Shown: positions 43,346 through 52,151, counted from the stretch's first letter. The stretch: 64,000 nucleotides of DNA from Burkholderiales bacterium (GCA_038144955.1 JAYQOT010000001.1:37812-101811); one strand, 5' to 3'. The notes: a model not told the origin generated them from the letters alone. Translations and numbers: made by a program.

Positions 43346-44109
43346 TGCTGCAGTTTGACGTAGTCACGTTGTTCCCGGAAATGTTTGACGCTGTGACGGA
43401 GCACGGAGTCACGGGTCGGGCGCGCGAACGCAGGCTTTATCAGTTCGTGGCCTGGAATCCGCGTGATTTTGCAGTGAATGTGCACCGAACAGTGGATGAC
43501 CGGCCTTATGGAGGCGGTCCCGGCATGGTGATGATGGCCGAGCCGGTTGGCAAGGCATTGCAGGCGGCGCGCCAGCGGCAGTTAAGTGCAGGTGTCGTGC
43601 GGCCGCGGATGGTACACCTGACGCCGCAGGGCAGGCCGCTGGATCATGAGGCGGTGGCCGGGTTGGCGAAAGAAGCGGGCGTCGTGCTGTTGTCCGGTCG
43701 TTATGAAGGCGTGGACGAGCGGGTGCTGGAGCAGATGTCGGTGGAGGAAATATCCATCGGTGATTATGTTCTGAGCGGCGGTGAACTTGCCGCGATGGTG
43801 TTGATGGATTGCGTGGTAAGGCAATTGCCCGGAGCGCTGGGCGATGCGGAGTCGGCAAGCCAGGATTCGTTTGTCGACGGCTTGCTGGACTGTCCGCACT
43901 ACACGCGTCCCGAGCTGTATGCGGGCAGGACGGTGCCGCCGGTGTTGCTGTCGGGAAACCATGCGGCGATCGAGCGATGGCGGCGCAAGCAGGCACTGGG
44001 ACGGACATGGCAGCGCCGGCCGGAATTGATTGAACGGCGGACGTTGTCCGCAGAAGACAAGATCCTGCTGGATGAATTCCGGCAGGAATGTGAAACAGGC
44101 GGCAACTGA
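43345..44109 (+). CDS. trmD: tRNA (guanine37-N1)-methyltransferase
   Basis: 254 aa. VVTLFPEMF N-terminus and GRYEGVDERV motif. The ATG overlaps the rimM stop by 1 nt. Confidence 0.95.
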   Translation: MLQFDVVTLFPEMFDAVTEHGVTGRARERRLYQFVAWNPRDFAVNVHRTVDDRPYGGGPGMVMMAEPVGKALQAARQRQLSAGVVRPRMVHLTPQGRPLDHEAVAGLAKEAGVVLLSGRYEGVDERVLEQMSVEEISIGDYVLSGGELAAMVLMDCVVRQLPGALGDAESASQDSFVDGLLDCPHYTRPELYAGRTVPPVLLSGNHAAIERWRRKQALGRTWQRRPELIERRTLSAEDKILLDEFRQECETGGN

Positions 44110-44163
44110 AGTTAACCGCGAACGTCAGCATGACGGACGCACAGGGTCTCAAGGAGTCTGAAC

Positions 44164-44580
44164 ATGAATGTCATACAGCAACTGGAACAGGAAGAAATCA
44201 AGCGTCTTGGTCGTAAGCTCCCCGAATTCGTTACCGGGGACACCGTGATCGTGAACGTTAATGTCGTCGAGGGTGAGCGCAAGCGCGTCCAGGCATACGA
44301 GGGAGTGGTCATTGCCAAGCGCAATCGCGGCATCAATTCCTCGTTCATCGTGCGCAAGGTCTCCTCCGGTGAGGGTGTTGAGCGTACTTTCCAGACCTAT
44401 TCGCCTTCCATAGCCAGCATCGAGGTCAAGCGTCGCGGCGACGTCGGCCGCGCCAAGCTGTATTACCTGCGCGAACTGTCCGGCAAGGCTGCCCGTATCA
44501 AGGAAAAGCTGACCTACAATGCCTCAGTGGGTGCTGAAGCGGAAGTGCTCGAAGCTGAAGAGGCTGCGACTGACAAGTAA
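44164..44580 (+). CDS. rplS: 50S ribosomal protein L19
   Basis: 138 aa. [11 protein letters not shown]...[17 protein letters not shown] short acidic/Ala-rich C-terminal tail follows. Confidence 0.95.
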   Translation: MNVIQQLEQEEIKRLGRKLPEFVTGDTVIVNVNVVEGERKRVQAYEGVVIAKRNRGINSSFIVRKVSSGEGVERTFQTYSPSIASIEVKRRGDVGRAKLYYLRELSGKAARIKEKLTYNASVGAEAEVLEAEEAATDK

Positions 44581-44601
44581 CGGTTCATCGATGGACAACG
44601 G

Positions 44602-44631
44602 AAAAGGCGGCTGCGGCCGCCTTTTTCTTTT
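44602..44631 (+). terminator. rho-independent terminator of the rpsP-rplS operon
   Basis: AAAA-GGCGGC-TGCG-GCCGCC-TTTTTCTTTT. Confidence 0.7.
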
Positions 44632-44677
44632 CTGTCGCCGGATTGGGCTTGGGTCTTCGGCCCGCTAAAATGGCTGC

Positions 44678-46366
44678 ATGAAAAACTTTTTGCGCCTTGT
44701 GCTCACCATCCAGGTGGCCTGCCTGCTGGCGGCAGAGGTTGCCGCTGCAGGAAATGTAGTGGATGGCTCGGACGCTGTTCGCGAGCTGGTGCGGTCGGGA
44801 GCGATCCAACTGGCACTGCGACGTATTGATGCGTTACAGCCCGCGGATTCCGCCGCGCCGGGTTGGGTGGAATGGCAGCGTCTGCGGCTGCAGTTGCTTG
44901 CCGATTCGGGCGGGCATGAAGAATTGCTGCGCAGAATTTCCGCTTTCCCCCCGCAACTGAGCCCGGCGTTACGCACGGAGTTTTATCTTCTTGCCGCGCA
45001 ATCAGCACTCGTGCTCGGTCGCTTTGCGGAGGCGCGCGATCATGCAGGCCGTGCACTGTGGGCGGACGGGATTGATCAGGCCCGGGTGCGTGCGATCCGT
45101 CTGCTGGTCATTCGCAGCCATGTGCGCGAAGGCAAGGCGGACGATGCCTATCGCAGCATGCTGCGTTTCCAGCAGGACTATCGTCCACTCGAAAAAACGA
45201 CGGCGACTTTTTTTGTGGACGGCCTGCTTGATCTGGGTCTGGTCAAGGAGGCGGTCAATTGGTTGGGCCTGCTCGATGAGCGTAGCGCAACGAAGCTGCG
45301 CCTGCGCCTGCATACCGGATTGATTCCTCCCAAAGAAGTGATGGCACAGGTCCGCAAGCTGCTTGCGAAGGATATGGACCCTCAGTGGTGGCGCGTGTTG
45401 CTGGATGCAGCGCTGCGTCAGCAGGACTCCGCCTCGGTCATCGAAGCGCGGGAACGGTTGTTGAACCATGACGAGGCTGCGGATTCCACTGCTCCCGGGC
45501 TCTGGGAAAGCTATATTGATTTCGCGCGACGCAATGCCAATGCCTATCAGTTGCTTTCGGGGGACGACCAGAGCTGGCTCGATTTTGCCTTGCGCCGTCG
45601 CAGCGAAACCCCGGTGGTGGCGCGTGCTTATCTGGCCTACCTGGCCCGCGAGTCGGCTGCAGATGCAATGCGCAAGCGTGCGCAGGACGAACTTGCTGCG
45701 ATGTTTGCGGCGTCGGTTCTCTCGCGCACCGCGCTGCGTATTTTCAGTGCGTGGCCCGGGAGCGCCTCTGTACTGCCGGTAAATGCCCGTCATGTTCTGG
45801 GTGACCTGGCACTGAAGCTGGGTGATCATCTGCGTGCCCTGGATTACCTGAACGGGGCGCCTGCTCCTATTGATGTTTCCTTGCTGGCCTGGGATGTACG
45901 GCTTGCAGCACTGGCTTTGCGGGCCGGTCGTGGCGGCATTGCCGCGGATATCTCGATGAAACTTGCTGCCGGCAAGCCACAGATCGGACAGCCGGTGCTT
46001 CCGGAATGGATTGCGCTGGCACGGCAGTTGGTCGACCATGGCCAGCCCGATGCAGCACTCGCCTTGTTCGAGGGTGCCTTGCCCCAGGCTGGCCCAGCAC
46101 AGATGCGGGAGCTTTTATCCGGAATTGCGCTAGCCCATGAATCACGCAGTCAACCACTGCTCGCCGCGGACTATCACCTGCGCTCCGCGTCTCTTGCTAC
46201 CGTGGCTGATGGGGCTGCAGCAGAGTCCCGGCTGCGTGCGGGATTGGCGTTGGTTCGAGCAGGATTACGTGAAGATGCCCGTGTGCAATTTGAATGGCTG
46301 CTCAAGAATTCAAAAAATCAGGCGCATATCGAGGCTGCGCGCCGCGAACTGGGGCGTCCCGGTTAG
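44678..46366 (+). CDS. hypothetical exported all-alpha (TPR-like) protein
   Basis: 562 aa. N-terminal signal peptide MKNFLRLVLTIQVACLLAAEVAAA. Leu/Ala/Arg-rich helical-repeat character throughout. No family recognised. Confidence 0.6.
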   Translation: MKNFLRLVLTIQVACLLAAEVAAAGNVVDGSDAVRELVRSGAIQLALRRIDALQPADSAAPGWVEWQRLRLQLLADSGGHEELLRRISAFPPQLSPALRTEFYLLAAQSALVLGRFAEARDHAGRALWADGIDQARVRAIRLLVIRSHVREGKADDAYRSMLRFQQDYRPLEKTTATFFVDGLLDLGLVKEAVNWLGLLDERSATKLRLRLHTGLIPPKEVMAQVRKLLAKDMDPQWWRVLLDAALRQQDSASVIEARERLLNHDEAADSTAPGLWESYIDFARRNANAYQLLSGDDQSWLDFALRRRSETPVVARAYLAYLARESAADAMRKRAQDELAAMFAASVLSRTALRIFSAWPGSASVLPVNARHVLGDLALKLGDHLRALDYLNGAPAPIDVSLLAWDVRLAALALRAGRGGIAADISMKLAAGKPQIGQPVLPEWIALARQLVDHGQPDAALALFEGALPQAGPAQMRELLSGIALAHESRSQPLLAADYHLRSASLATVADGAAAESRLRAGLALVRAGLREDARVQFEWLLKNSKNQAHIEAARRELGRPG

Positions 46367-47118
46367 CGGGCCGCGGTTTTCCACAGATCGCTCAGATATT
46401 CGTGGTCGGCCGTGTTGATCCAGCTCAGCCGGTATTCCACCGGTGAATCATTGTAGGTATAGGCGATACGACGGATATGCAGTGCCGGCTGGTTGCCGCG
46501 CATTCCGAGTATTTGAGCCACATCGGCAGGTGGATGGGCCGCTGAAAGCCGCTCGTTGATGCGCACTACGTTGACGCCGTAACGAGCCTGATAGAGACCG
46601 TAGATGGTTCCTTCCCGGTTGCGGAAGGTGTTTTCATCGATGCGATTGAAACGTTCCGTGGATACCGTGATGTCGTCCAGCACCACCGGCTTGTCAGCCA
46701 GCCGGAGCAGGTTGCGCACCCTTGCCATGCGTGATCCGCGCGGCACGCCCAGATGCATTTCGTCAGCGGTATCAGCTCGTTCGCGCCGGAACGAAAGCAG
46801 TTCGGACACCGGAAACTCCCTGCGTCCGTCTTTTCCGGCGACGTGAAAGAAGTAGAACAGTGTGCGGTCTTCGGTGTGCGTCGCAACAAAGGTCCCGCGC
46901 CCCTGCTGTCGAACCAGGATGCGTCCAGCTACGAGTTCGTCAATGGCCCGCCGTATCGTCCCGATCGAAACGCCGAATTCGGAGGCCAGCCGGGACTCGC
47001 TGGGGATGGCCTCTCCGGGCTTCCACTGGCCTTCGGCAAGCGCCCGGGTAATGCGCCAGTGCACATCGCGGTAGAGTGGAACCGGGGTGAGATTGCCGGG
47101 AGGGGGTTGTTCAACCAT
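46363..47118 (-). CDS. GntR-family (HutC subfamily, UTRA effector domain) transcriptional regulator
   Basis: 251 aa. Winged-helix SESRLASEFGVSIGTIRRAIDELV followed by a UTRA-like C-terminal half. Divergent from the 13-gene locus. Confidence 0.85.
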   Translation of the reverse strand: MVEQPPPGNLTPVPLYRDVHWRITRALAEGQWKPGEAIPSESRLASEFGVSIGTIRRAIDELVAGRILVRQQGRGTFVATHTEDRTLFYFFHVAGKDGRREFPVSELLSFRRERADTADEMHLGVPRGSRMARVRNLLRLADKPVVLDDITVSTERFNRIDENTFRNREGTIYGLYQARYGVNVVRINERLSAAHPPADVAQILGMRGNQPALHIRRIAYTYNDSPVEYRLSWINTADHEYLSDLWKTAAR

Positions 47119-47177
47119 CGGGGTGTCAACTGAACGGGAGCGCGGCAGTCTAGCATGTCATTCATGGATTCATATAG

Positions 47178-47216
47178 GTCATCTAGTTGACTGGGCGGAA
47201 AGGGGCCGCGTAGCAT
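47178..47216 (+). promoter_or_regulatory. candidate operator plus promoter of the accessory operon
   Basis: Imperfect palindrome GTCAtctagtTGAC (47178-47191) overlaps a TTGACT -35 (47187-47192). An 18-nt spacer and TAGCAT (47211-47216) follow. A GC hairpin CCGGGCGC-AGCC-GCGCCCGG (47241-47260) lies in the leader. Confidence 0.3.
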
Positions 47217-47287
47217 CAGGACCCCGGTTTTTGCATTGTTCCGGGCGCAGCCGCGCCCGGGTTCCAGGTTCACACCAAGGAGGCACC

Positions 47288-47569
47288 ATGATTCACCTGT
47301 TGGTTCATGACAAGAAAGACACGGTCGGCGTGGCCGTCATCGAAGGCATCAAGGCCGGCCAGGAAATGGTCGGCTGGGTCATGGAGGATGACTCCACGAT
47401 CAAGGTCAAGGCGATCAACGACATTCCCATCGGCCACAAGGCCGCGCTGCGCGAGATCAAGAAGGGCGACACCATCATCAAGTACGGCTTTGACATCGGC
47501 AAGGCGGTCGCTGACATCAAGGTGGGCGAGCATGCCCACGTCCACAACATCAAGACCAAGCGCTGGTAA
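47288..47569 (+). CDS. UxaA-family SAF-domain small subunit (SuyA-like)
   Basis: In-frame part of ORF 47087..47569. The ATG at 47288 follows AGGAGG. 93 aa. [28 protein letters not shown]...GEHAHVHN matches the N-terminal SAF domain of altronate/galactarate dehydratases, here encoded as a separate gene. Confidence 0.8.
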   Translation: MIHLLVHDKKDTVGVAVIEGIKAGQEMVGWVMEDDSTIKVKAINDIPIGHKAALREIKKGDTIIKYGFDIGKAVADIKVGEHAHVHNIKTKRW

Positions 47570-47634
47570 GCAGCGGCTGGCAGACAACGGCGGGCCAGTT
47601 ACGTCGCCCCGAACGAACATATCCGGAGATCAAA

Positions 47635-48804
47635 ATGGTCAACAGCAAAACCACATTCATGGGCTATCGCCGCGAGAACGGCCGCGTCGGTGTCCGCAAC
47701 CACGTCATCATCCTGCCGGTGGACGACCTGTCGAACGCGGCGGCCGAAGCCGTCGCCAACAACGTCAAGGGCGCGATCGCCATTCCCCATCCCTACGGCC
47801 GGCTGCAGTTCGGCGCCGACCTTGACCTGCACTTCCGCACCATCATTGGCGCCGGCGCCAATCCCAACGTCGCCGCAGTGGTGGTGATCTGCATCGAGGA
47901 AGGCTGGGCGAAAAAGGTGGTCGACGGCATAGCCAAGACCGGCAAGCCGGTCACCGGCTTCGGCATCGAACTGCACGGCGATCATGACACCATCATGCGC
48001 GCTTCCAAGGTTGCCAAGGAATACGTGCAATGGGCGTCGGAACTGCAACGCACCGAGTGCCCGATCAGCGACCTGTGGGTATCCACCAAGTGCGGCGAGT
48101 CCGACACGACCTCGGGCTGCGGTTCGAACCCCACCGTGGGCAGCGCGTTCGACAAGCTCGAACCGCTGGGCGTGACCATGTGTTTCGGTGAGACCACCGA
48201 GATCACCGGCGGCGAGAACATCGTGGCCGACCGCTGCGCGACGCCTGAAGTGCGCAAGGAATTCATGCGCATGTTCGACCGTTACCAGGAGATTGTCGAG
48301 AAGCACAAGACCAGCGACCTCTCCGACTCGCAGCCGACCAAGGGCAACATTGCCGGCGGCCTGACCACGATCGAGGAAAAGGCGCTCGGCAACATCCAGA
48401 AAATCGGCAAGAAGTGCAAGGTCATCGGTGTGCTCGACAAGGCCGAGGAACCGACCAAGCCCGGACTGTGGTTCATGGATTCGTCCTCCGCCGCCGCGGA
48501 AATGGTCACGCTGTGCGCAGCCTCCGGTTACGTGGTGCACCTGTTCCCCACAGGCCAGGGCAACGTCATCGGCAATCCGATTGTTCCGGTGGTCAAGCTC
48601 ACCGCCAATCCCCGCACTGTGCGCACGATGAGTGAGCACGTCGATTACGACTGCTCCGGACTGCTGCAGCGGGAAAAGAACCTCGACCAGACCGGCGACG
48701 AGCTGATCGAAGTCATGCTGCGCACCTGCAACGGCCGGTTGACTGCGGCTGAAGCTCTGGGGCATCGCGAGTTTGTGCTGACCCGTTTGTACGAAAGCGC
48801 CTGA
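47635..48804 (+). CDS. UxaA-family large subunit (SuyB-like dehydratase/lyase)
   Basis: 389 aa. Colinear with the C-terminal catalytic part of UxaA/GarD ([10 protein letters not shown]..., [22 protein letters not shown]). The two-gene split is the architecture of (2R)-sulfolactate sulfo-lyase SuyAB. Confidence 0.8.
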   Translation: MVNSKTTFMGYRRENGRVGVRNHVIILPVDDLSNAAAEAVANNVKGAIAIPHPYGRLQFGADLDLHFRTIIGAGANPNVAAVVVICIEEGWAKKVVDGIAKTGKPVTGFGIELHGDHDTIMRASKVAKEYVQWASELQRTECPISDLWVSTKCGESDTTSGCGSNPTVGSAFDKLEPLGVTMCFGETTEITGGENIVADRCATPEVRKEFMRMFDRYQEIVEKHKTSDLSDSQPTKGNIAGGLTTIEEKALGNIQKIGKKCKVIGVLDKAEEPTKPGLWFMDSSSAAAEMVTLCAASGYVVHLFPTGQGNVIGNPIVPVVKLTANPRTVRTMSEHVDYDCSGLLQREKNLDQTGDELIEVMLRTCNGRLTAAEALGHREFVLTRLYESA

Positions 48805-49007
48805 TCAGGCCGCTGAAAAACCTGCTACGCGGCGCGGGGACTGCGCCGCGCAGCAGGTCAAGGCAATGACCAGAACTCGTTTCAGAAATCAACCGAGCGC
48901 AGCCGGAACAAGAAGGCGGCGAGGCTGCTACGAGACATTACCGAGTAGTAAGGCGAGGAGCAATGTAGCCGCCGACGCAGTGCCGGCAAGCACAGGCGAT
49001 TTATGAA

Positions 49008-50660
49008 ATGAGTTCTCTTCGCGGCGCAGATATTCTGGCGCGTTCACTGGCTGCAGCCGGACTGCGCCGGATTTTTTCCCTATCCGGCAATCACATCATG
49101 CCGGTCTATGACGCGGCGATCGAAGCGAAGCTGGCGATCACCCATGTCCGTTACGAGGGCGCTGCGGTGCACATGGCCGATGCCTGGGCGCGGCTCACTG
49201 GTGAACCGGGCATCGCCATGCTGACCGGCGGGCCGGGGCATGCCAACGGCATCGGTGCGCTCTACACTGCGCTGGCCTCCGAATCGCCGATCGTGCTGTT
49301 GTCGGGGCATGCGCCGCTGATTGAACTGGGCAGCGGTTCTTTCCAGGAAATGCGCCAAGCCGACATCGCCGCCCCGGTGGTGAAGGCCTCGTGGACCGCG
49401 GCCAGTGCCGAAACACTGGGCGATGACATTGCGAAGGCCTGCCGGGTTGCGCGATCGGGGCGGCCGGGGCCAGTGCACCTGAGCCTGCCCTTCGATGTGC
49501 TCGAGGCCAAGGTGGCGGATGGCAAAAAGCGATTGGCGCCTGCCGCCGGTTTTGCGGCGGAAGAAAATCCTCCCGATGCGAGAACGGTGACGGCGCTGCT
49601 GTCCCTGATCAAATCCGCGGCGCGGCCGCTGATCCTGCTTGGTCCGGTGATGGCGCACGCACCGGTTGCCGGTCTCATCAAACGATTGGCTGATGCCACG
49701 GGGGTGCCGGCGCTGTGCATTGAAAGCCCGCGCGGCGTCAACGATCCTGCGCTGGGTGCTTTCGCAGGCGTCCTCGCGCGAGCCGACCTGGTGGTGCTGA
49801 TCGGCAAACAGCCCGATTTCACGCTGCGTTTCGGCAAAGCGCCTGCGCTCGCGGCCGGTTGCCGGTTCGCGGTTATCGATCCCGAGGCCGATGCGCTGCA
49901 GCGTGCTGTAAAAAATCTCGGGTCATCGCGAGTGGAGTTGTCTGCTCAGGCGGACAGCGTGGCCACGGTGCGCGCGGTGATCGCTGCGGCAAAACCGCAT
50001 GCGGTCAAAGAATGGCGGCAGGCAGTGACGGATGCTGTCGCCTTCCGTCCCGCGGCGTGGCGTGACATCGACAGCGGCGAGGGGCCGGTGCATCCCGTTG
50101 AACTGGGCCGTGCGGTGCGGAACGTGCTCAATGCGTCGGCGGATGCGGTATTCGTCGCTGACGGCGGCGAAATCGGCCAGTGGGCGCAGGCCTGCATCCA
50201 GGCGCCGGCGCGCTTGATCAACGGCGTCGGTGGTTCGATCGGCAGCGGCGTACCTTTTGCCTTTGCCGCGCGGATGGCGCGGCCGAAGTCACCGGTGGTG
50301 GCGGTGATGGGCGACGGCGCCTTCGGCTTTCATTTGATGGAGTTCGATACCGCGGTGCGCGAAGGCGTGCCGATGGTCGTGGTCGTCGGCAACGATTCCT
50401 GCTGGAATGCCGAACACCAGATTCAGCTGCGGACTTATGGCAAGGACCGCGCCCATGGCTGCGAGCTGCGCGGCGGTACGCGCTATGATCTCGCAGTGGC
50501 GGCGCTGGGCGGACACGGTGAGCTGGTGACGCGCGCCGCTGATCTGCAGCCGGCGCTGGCGCGAGCAGTTGCCAGCGGCAAACCGGCGTGCATCAACGTG
50601 ATGATCCAGCGCCTGGCAGCGCCGACCGTGACCACCGGCGCGACCGCCGCCGCACACTAG
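49008..50660 (+). CDS. thiamine-diphosphate-dependent enzyme (acetolactate synthase / oxalyl-CoA decarboxylase-like, three-domain)
   Basis: 550 aa. N-terminal Pyr domain with the catalytic Glu (VRYEGAAVHMADAW). ThDP motif GDGAFGFHLMEFDTAVREGVPMVVVVGND. Substrate unknown. Confidence 0.85.
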   Translation: MSSLRGADILARSLAAAGLRRIFSLSGNHIMPVYDAAIEAKLAITHVRYEGAAVHMADAWARLTGEPGIAMLTGGPGHANGIGALYTALASESPIVLLSGHAPLIELGSGSFQEMRQADIAAPVVKASWTAASAETLGDDIAKACRVARSGRPGPVHLSLPFDVLEAKVADGKKRLAPAAGFAAEENPPDARTVTALLSLIKSAARPLILLGPVMAHAPVAGLIKRLADATGVPALCIESPRGVNDPALGAFAGVLARADLVVLIGKQPDFTLRFGKAPALAAGCRFAVIDPEADALQRAVKNLGSSRVELSAQADSVATVRAVIAAAKPHAVKEWRQAVTDAVAFRPAAWRDIDSGEGPVHPVELGRAVRNVLNASADAVFVADGGEIGQWAQACIQAPARLINGVGGSIGSGVPFAFAARMARPKSPVVAVMGDGAFGFHLMEFDTAVREGVPMVVVVGNDSCWNAEHQIQLRTYGKDRAHGCELRGGTRYDLAVAALGGHGELVTRAADLQPALARAVASGKPACINVMIQRLAAPTVTTGATAAAH

Positions 50661-50670
50661 GAACCGACGA

Positions 50671-51384
50671 ATGGAAACATTGCAGGTCAGAATCTGGCGC
50701 GGTACAGAGGAGGGCGGTTTCCAGGATTTCGAAGTGCCGCGGCAGGAAAGCCAGACCGTTCTCGACGTGGTGACCTACGTGCAGCGCAAGTGCGATCCGA
50801 CGCTGGCTTACCGCTTCGCCTGCCGCGTCGGCGTATGCGGATCCTGCGCGATGACCGTCAACGGCGTGTCGCGCTGGACCTGCCGTACCCATGTCGACAA
50901 GGTTGCCGAGGACAACCGGGTGGAGATTGCGCCGCTGCGCAACCTGCCGGTGATCAAGGACCTGGTCACCGACATGCGCGAATTCTTCGACAAGTGGGCG
51001 AAGGCACGCGGTCGTTTCACCGGCAGCGCCACGCGCAAGGAAGCGTTCGCGAAAGTCTCTCCCGAATCGAAGGAGCGCAAGCGCATCGAGGCCGGCATCG
51101 AATGCATAGGGTGCGGCGTCTGCTACAGCGCCTGCGACGTCGTCACCTGGAACAAGGATTATCTCGGCCCGGCGGCGCTGAACCGCGCGTGGACGCTGAT
51201 CAACGACGTACGCGATACCGCGCGCACCGAGCGGCTGGCGGCAGTGGCTGGGGACGCCGGCTGCCACGCCTGCCATACCCACCTCAACTGCACCGAACGC
51301 TGCCCGAAGAGCCTGTCGCCAACCGCCGGCATTGCCGGCCTGAAGCGCGCCGTCCTTGCTGCTACGCTCTCCGGCGAAATATAA
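50671..51384 (+). CDS. succinate dehydrogenase/fumarate reductase iron-sulfur subunit paralogue (SdhB-like)
   Basis: 237 aa. 2Fe-2S motif CRVGVCGSC...C, then CIGCGVCYSAC and CHTHLNCTERCP cluster motifs. Confidence 0.88.
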   Translation: METLQVRIWRGTEEGGFQDFEVPRQESQTVLDVVTYVQRKCDPTLAYRFACRVGVCGSCAMTVNGVSRWTCRTHVDKVAEDNRVEIAPLRNLPVIKDLVTDMREFFDKWAKARGRFTGSATRKEAFAKVSPESKERKRIEAGIECIGCGVCYSACDVVTWNKDYLGPAALNRAWTLINDVRDTARTERLAAVAGDAGCHACHTHLNCTERCPKSLSPTAGIAGLKRAVLAATLSGEI

Positions 51385-51428
51385 AAAATGAATAAAAAAA
51401 TACACTTATATCATTTTTTCGGCGTGAG

Positions 51429-51788
51429 GTGGCGGACGTGAGCCGGCGCAGCGAAGTCCTGCTGTGGGGCGCGCAGCGCGTCAGCGCGATGGTGCTGGCA
51501 CTGTGCGTTGCAGTACACCTGCTGACGATGATTTACGCGGTACGCAGCGGCCTTTCCGCTGCGGAAATACTCGGCCGCACCCAGGGCAATGTTGGCTGGC
51601 TCCTGTTCTACACCGTGTTCGTGCTTGCGGTGGCGGTACATGCACCAATCGGCCTGCGCACCATCATCGGCGAAACGACCAATGCGCGCGGCCGCGGTGT
51701 CGATATGCTTGTCGCCGTGATTGGCATCGCCCTGGCTGCCTGGGGGATGCGTGCGGTGATCGGTGTGTTCGGCGGAGGTGCGGCGTGA
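51429..51788 (+). CDS. complex-II membrane anchor subunit, SdhD-like
   Basis: 119 aa, GTG start, three hydrophobic helices. VAVHAPIGLRTI aligns with the SdhD heme-ligand segment (IHAWIGMWQV in E. coli). Confidence 0.7.
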   Translation: MADVSRRSEVLLWGAQRVSAMVLALCVAVHLLTMIYAVRSGLSAAEILGRTQGNVGWLLFYTVFVLAVAVHAPIGLRTIIGETTNARGRGVDMLVAVIGIALAAWGMRAVIGVFGGGAA

Positions 51789-52132
51789 AGAACGATTTCC
51801 GCTCGCGTAATCATCCGGCGTACTGGGCATTTCTGGTGCACCGGTTTTCCGGCTTGCTGCTGGCGCTGTTCCTGCCGCTGCATTTCTGGGCGCTGGGTCA
51901 GGCCCTGCACGGCGCCGCAGCGCTCGACGGATTCCTGCGCTGGACCGAGCATCCGCTGGTGAAAATGGCAGAAACCGGCCTGGTGCTGCTGCTCGCCGCA
52001 CACCTCGCCGGCGGACTGCGCCTGCTCGCACTCGAATTCCTCGAATGGCGGGAATGGCAGAAATCCCTGCTCGCTGCCGCAGCCGGCGCATCGCTGGTCG
52101 CGGCCCTTGCATTCATGCTCAACCTGGCCTGA
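51785..52132 (+). CDS. complex-II membrane anchor / cytochrome b subunit, SdhC-like
   Basis: In-frame part of ORF 51464..52132. GTG at 51785 overlaps the upstream stop (GTGA). 115 aa. HRFSGLLL and AAHLAGGLR align with the SdhC HRxSG and H-x3-G-x-R heme motifs. Confidence 0.7.
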   Translation: MKNDFRSRNHPAYWAFLVHRFSGLLLALFLPLHFWALGQALHGAAALDGFLRWTEHPLVKMAETGLVLLLAAHLAGGLRLLALEFLEWREWQKSLLAAAAGASLVAALAFMLNLA

Positions 52133-52151
52133 TCGCGCAAGGAAAACAGCC

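Noticed and set aside
51240-51320. Extra Cys in the third cluster motif of the SdhB-like protein (CHACHTHLNCTERCP), as a possible sign of a 4Fe-4S replacing the 3Fe-4S centre
   Set aside because: The additional Cys lies upstream of the canonical C-x5-C-x3-CP register. It is not at the 'missing' middle ferredoxin position (which is His here), so the motif does not support that conclusion.
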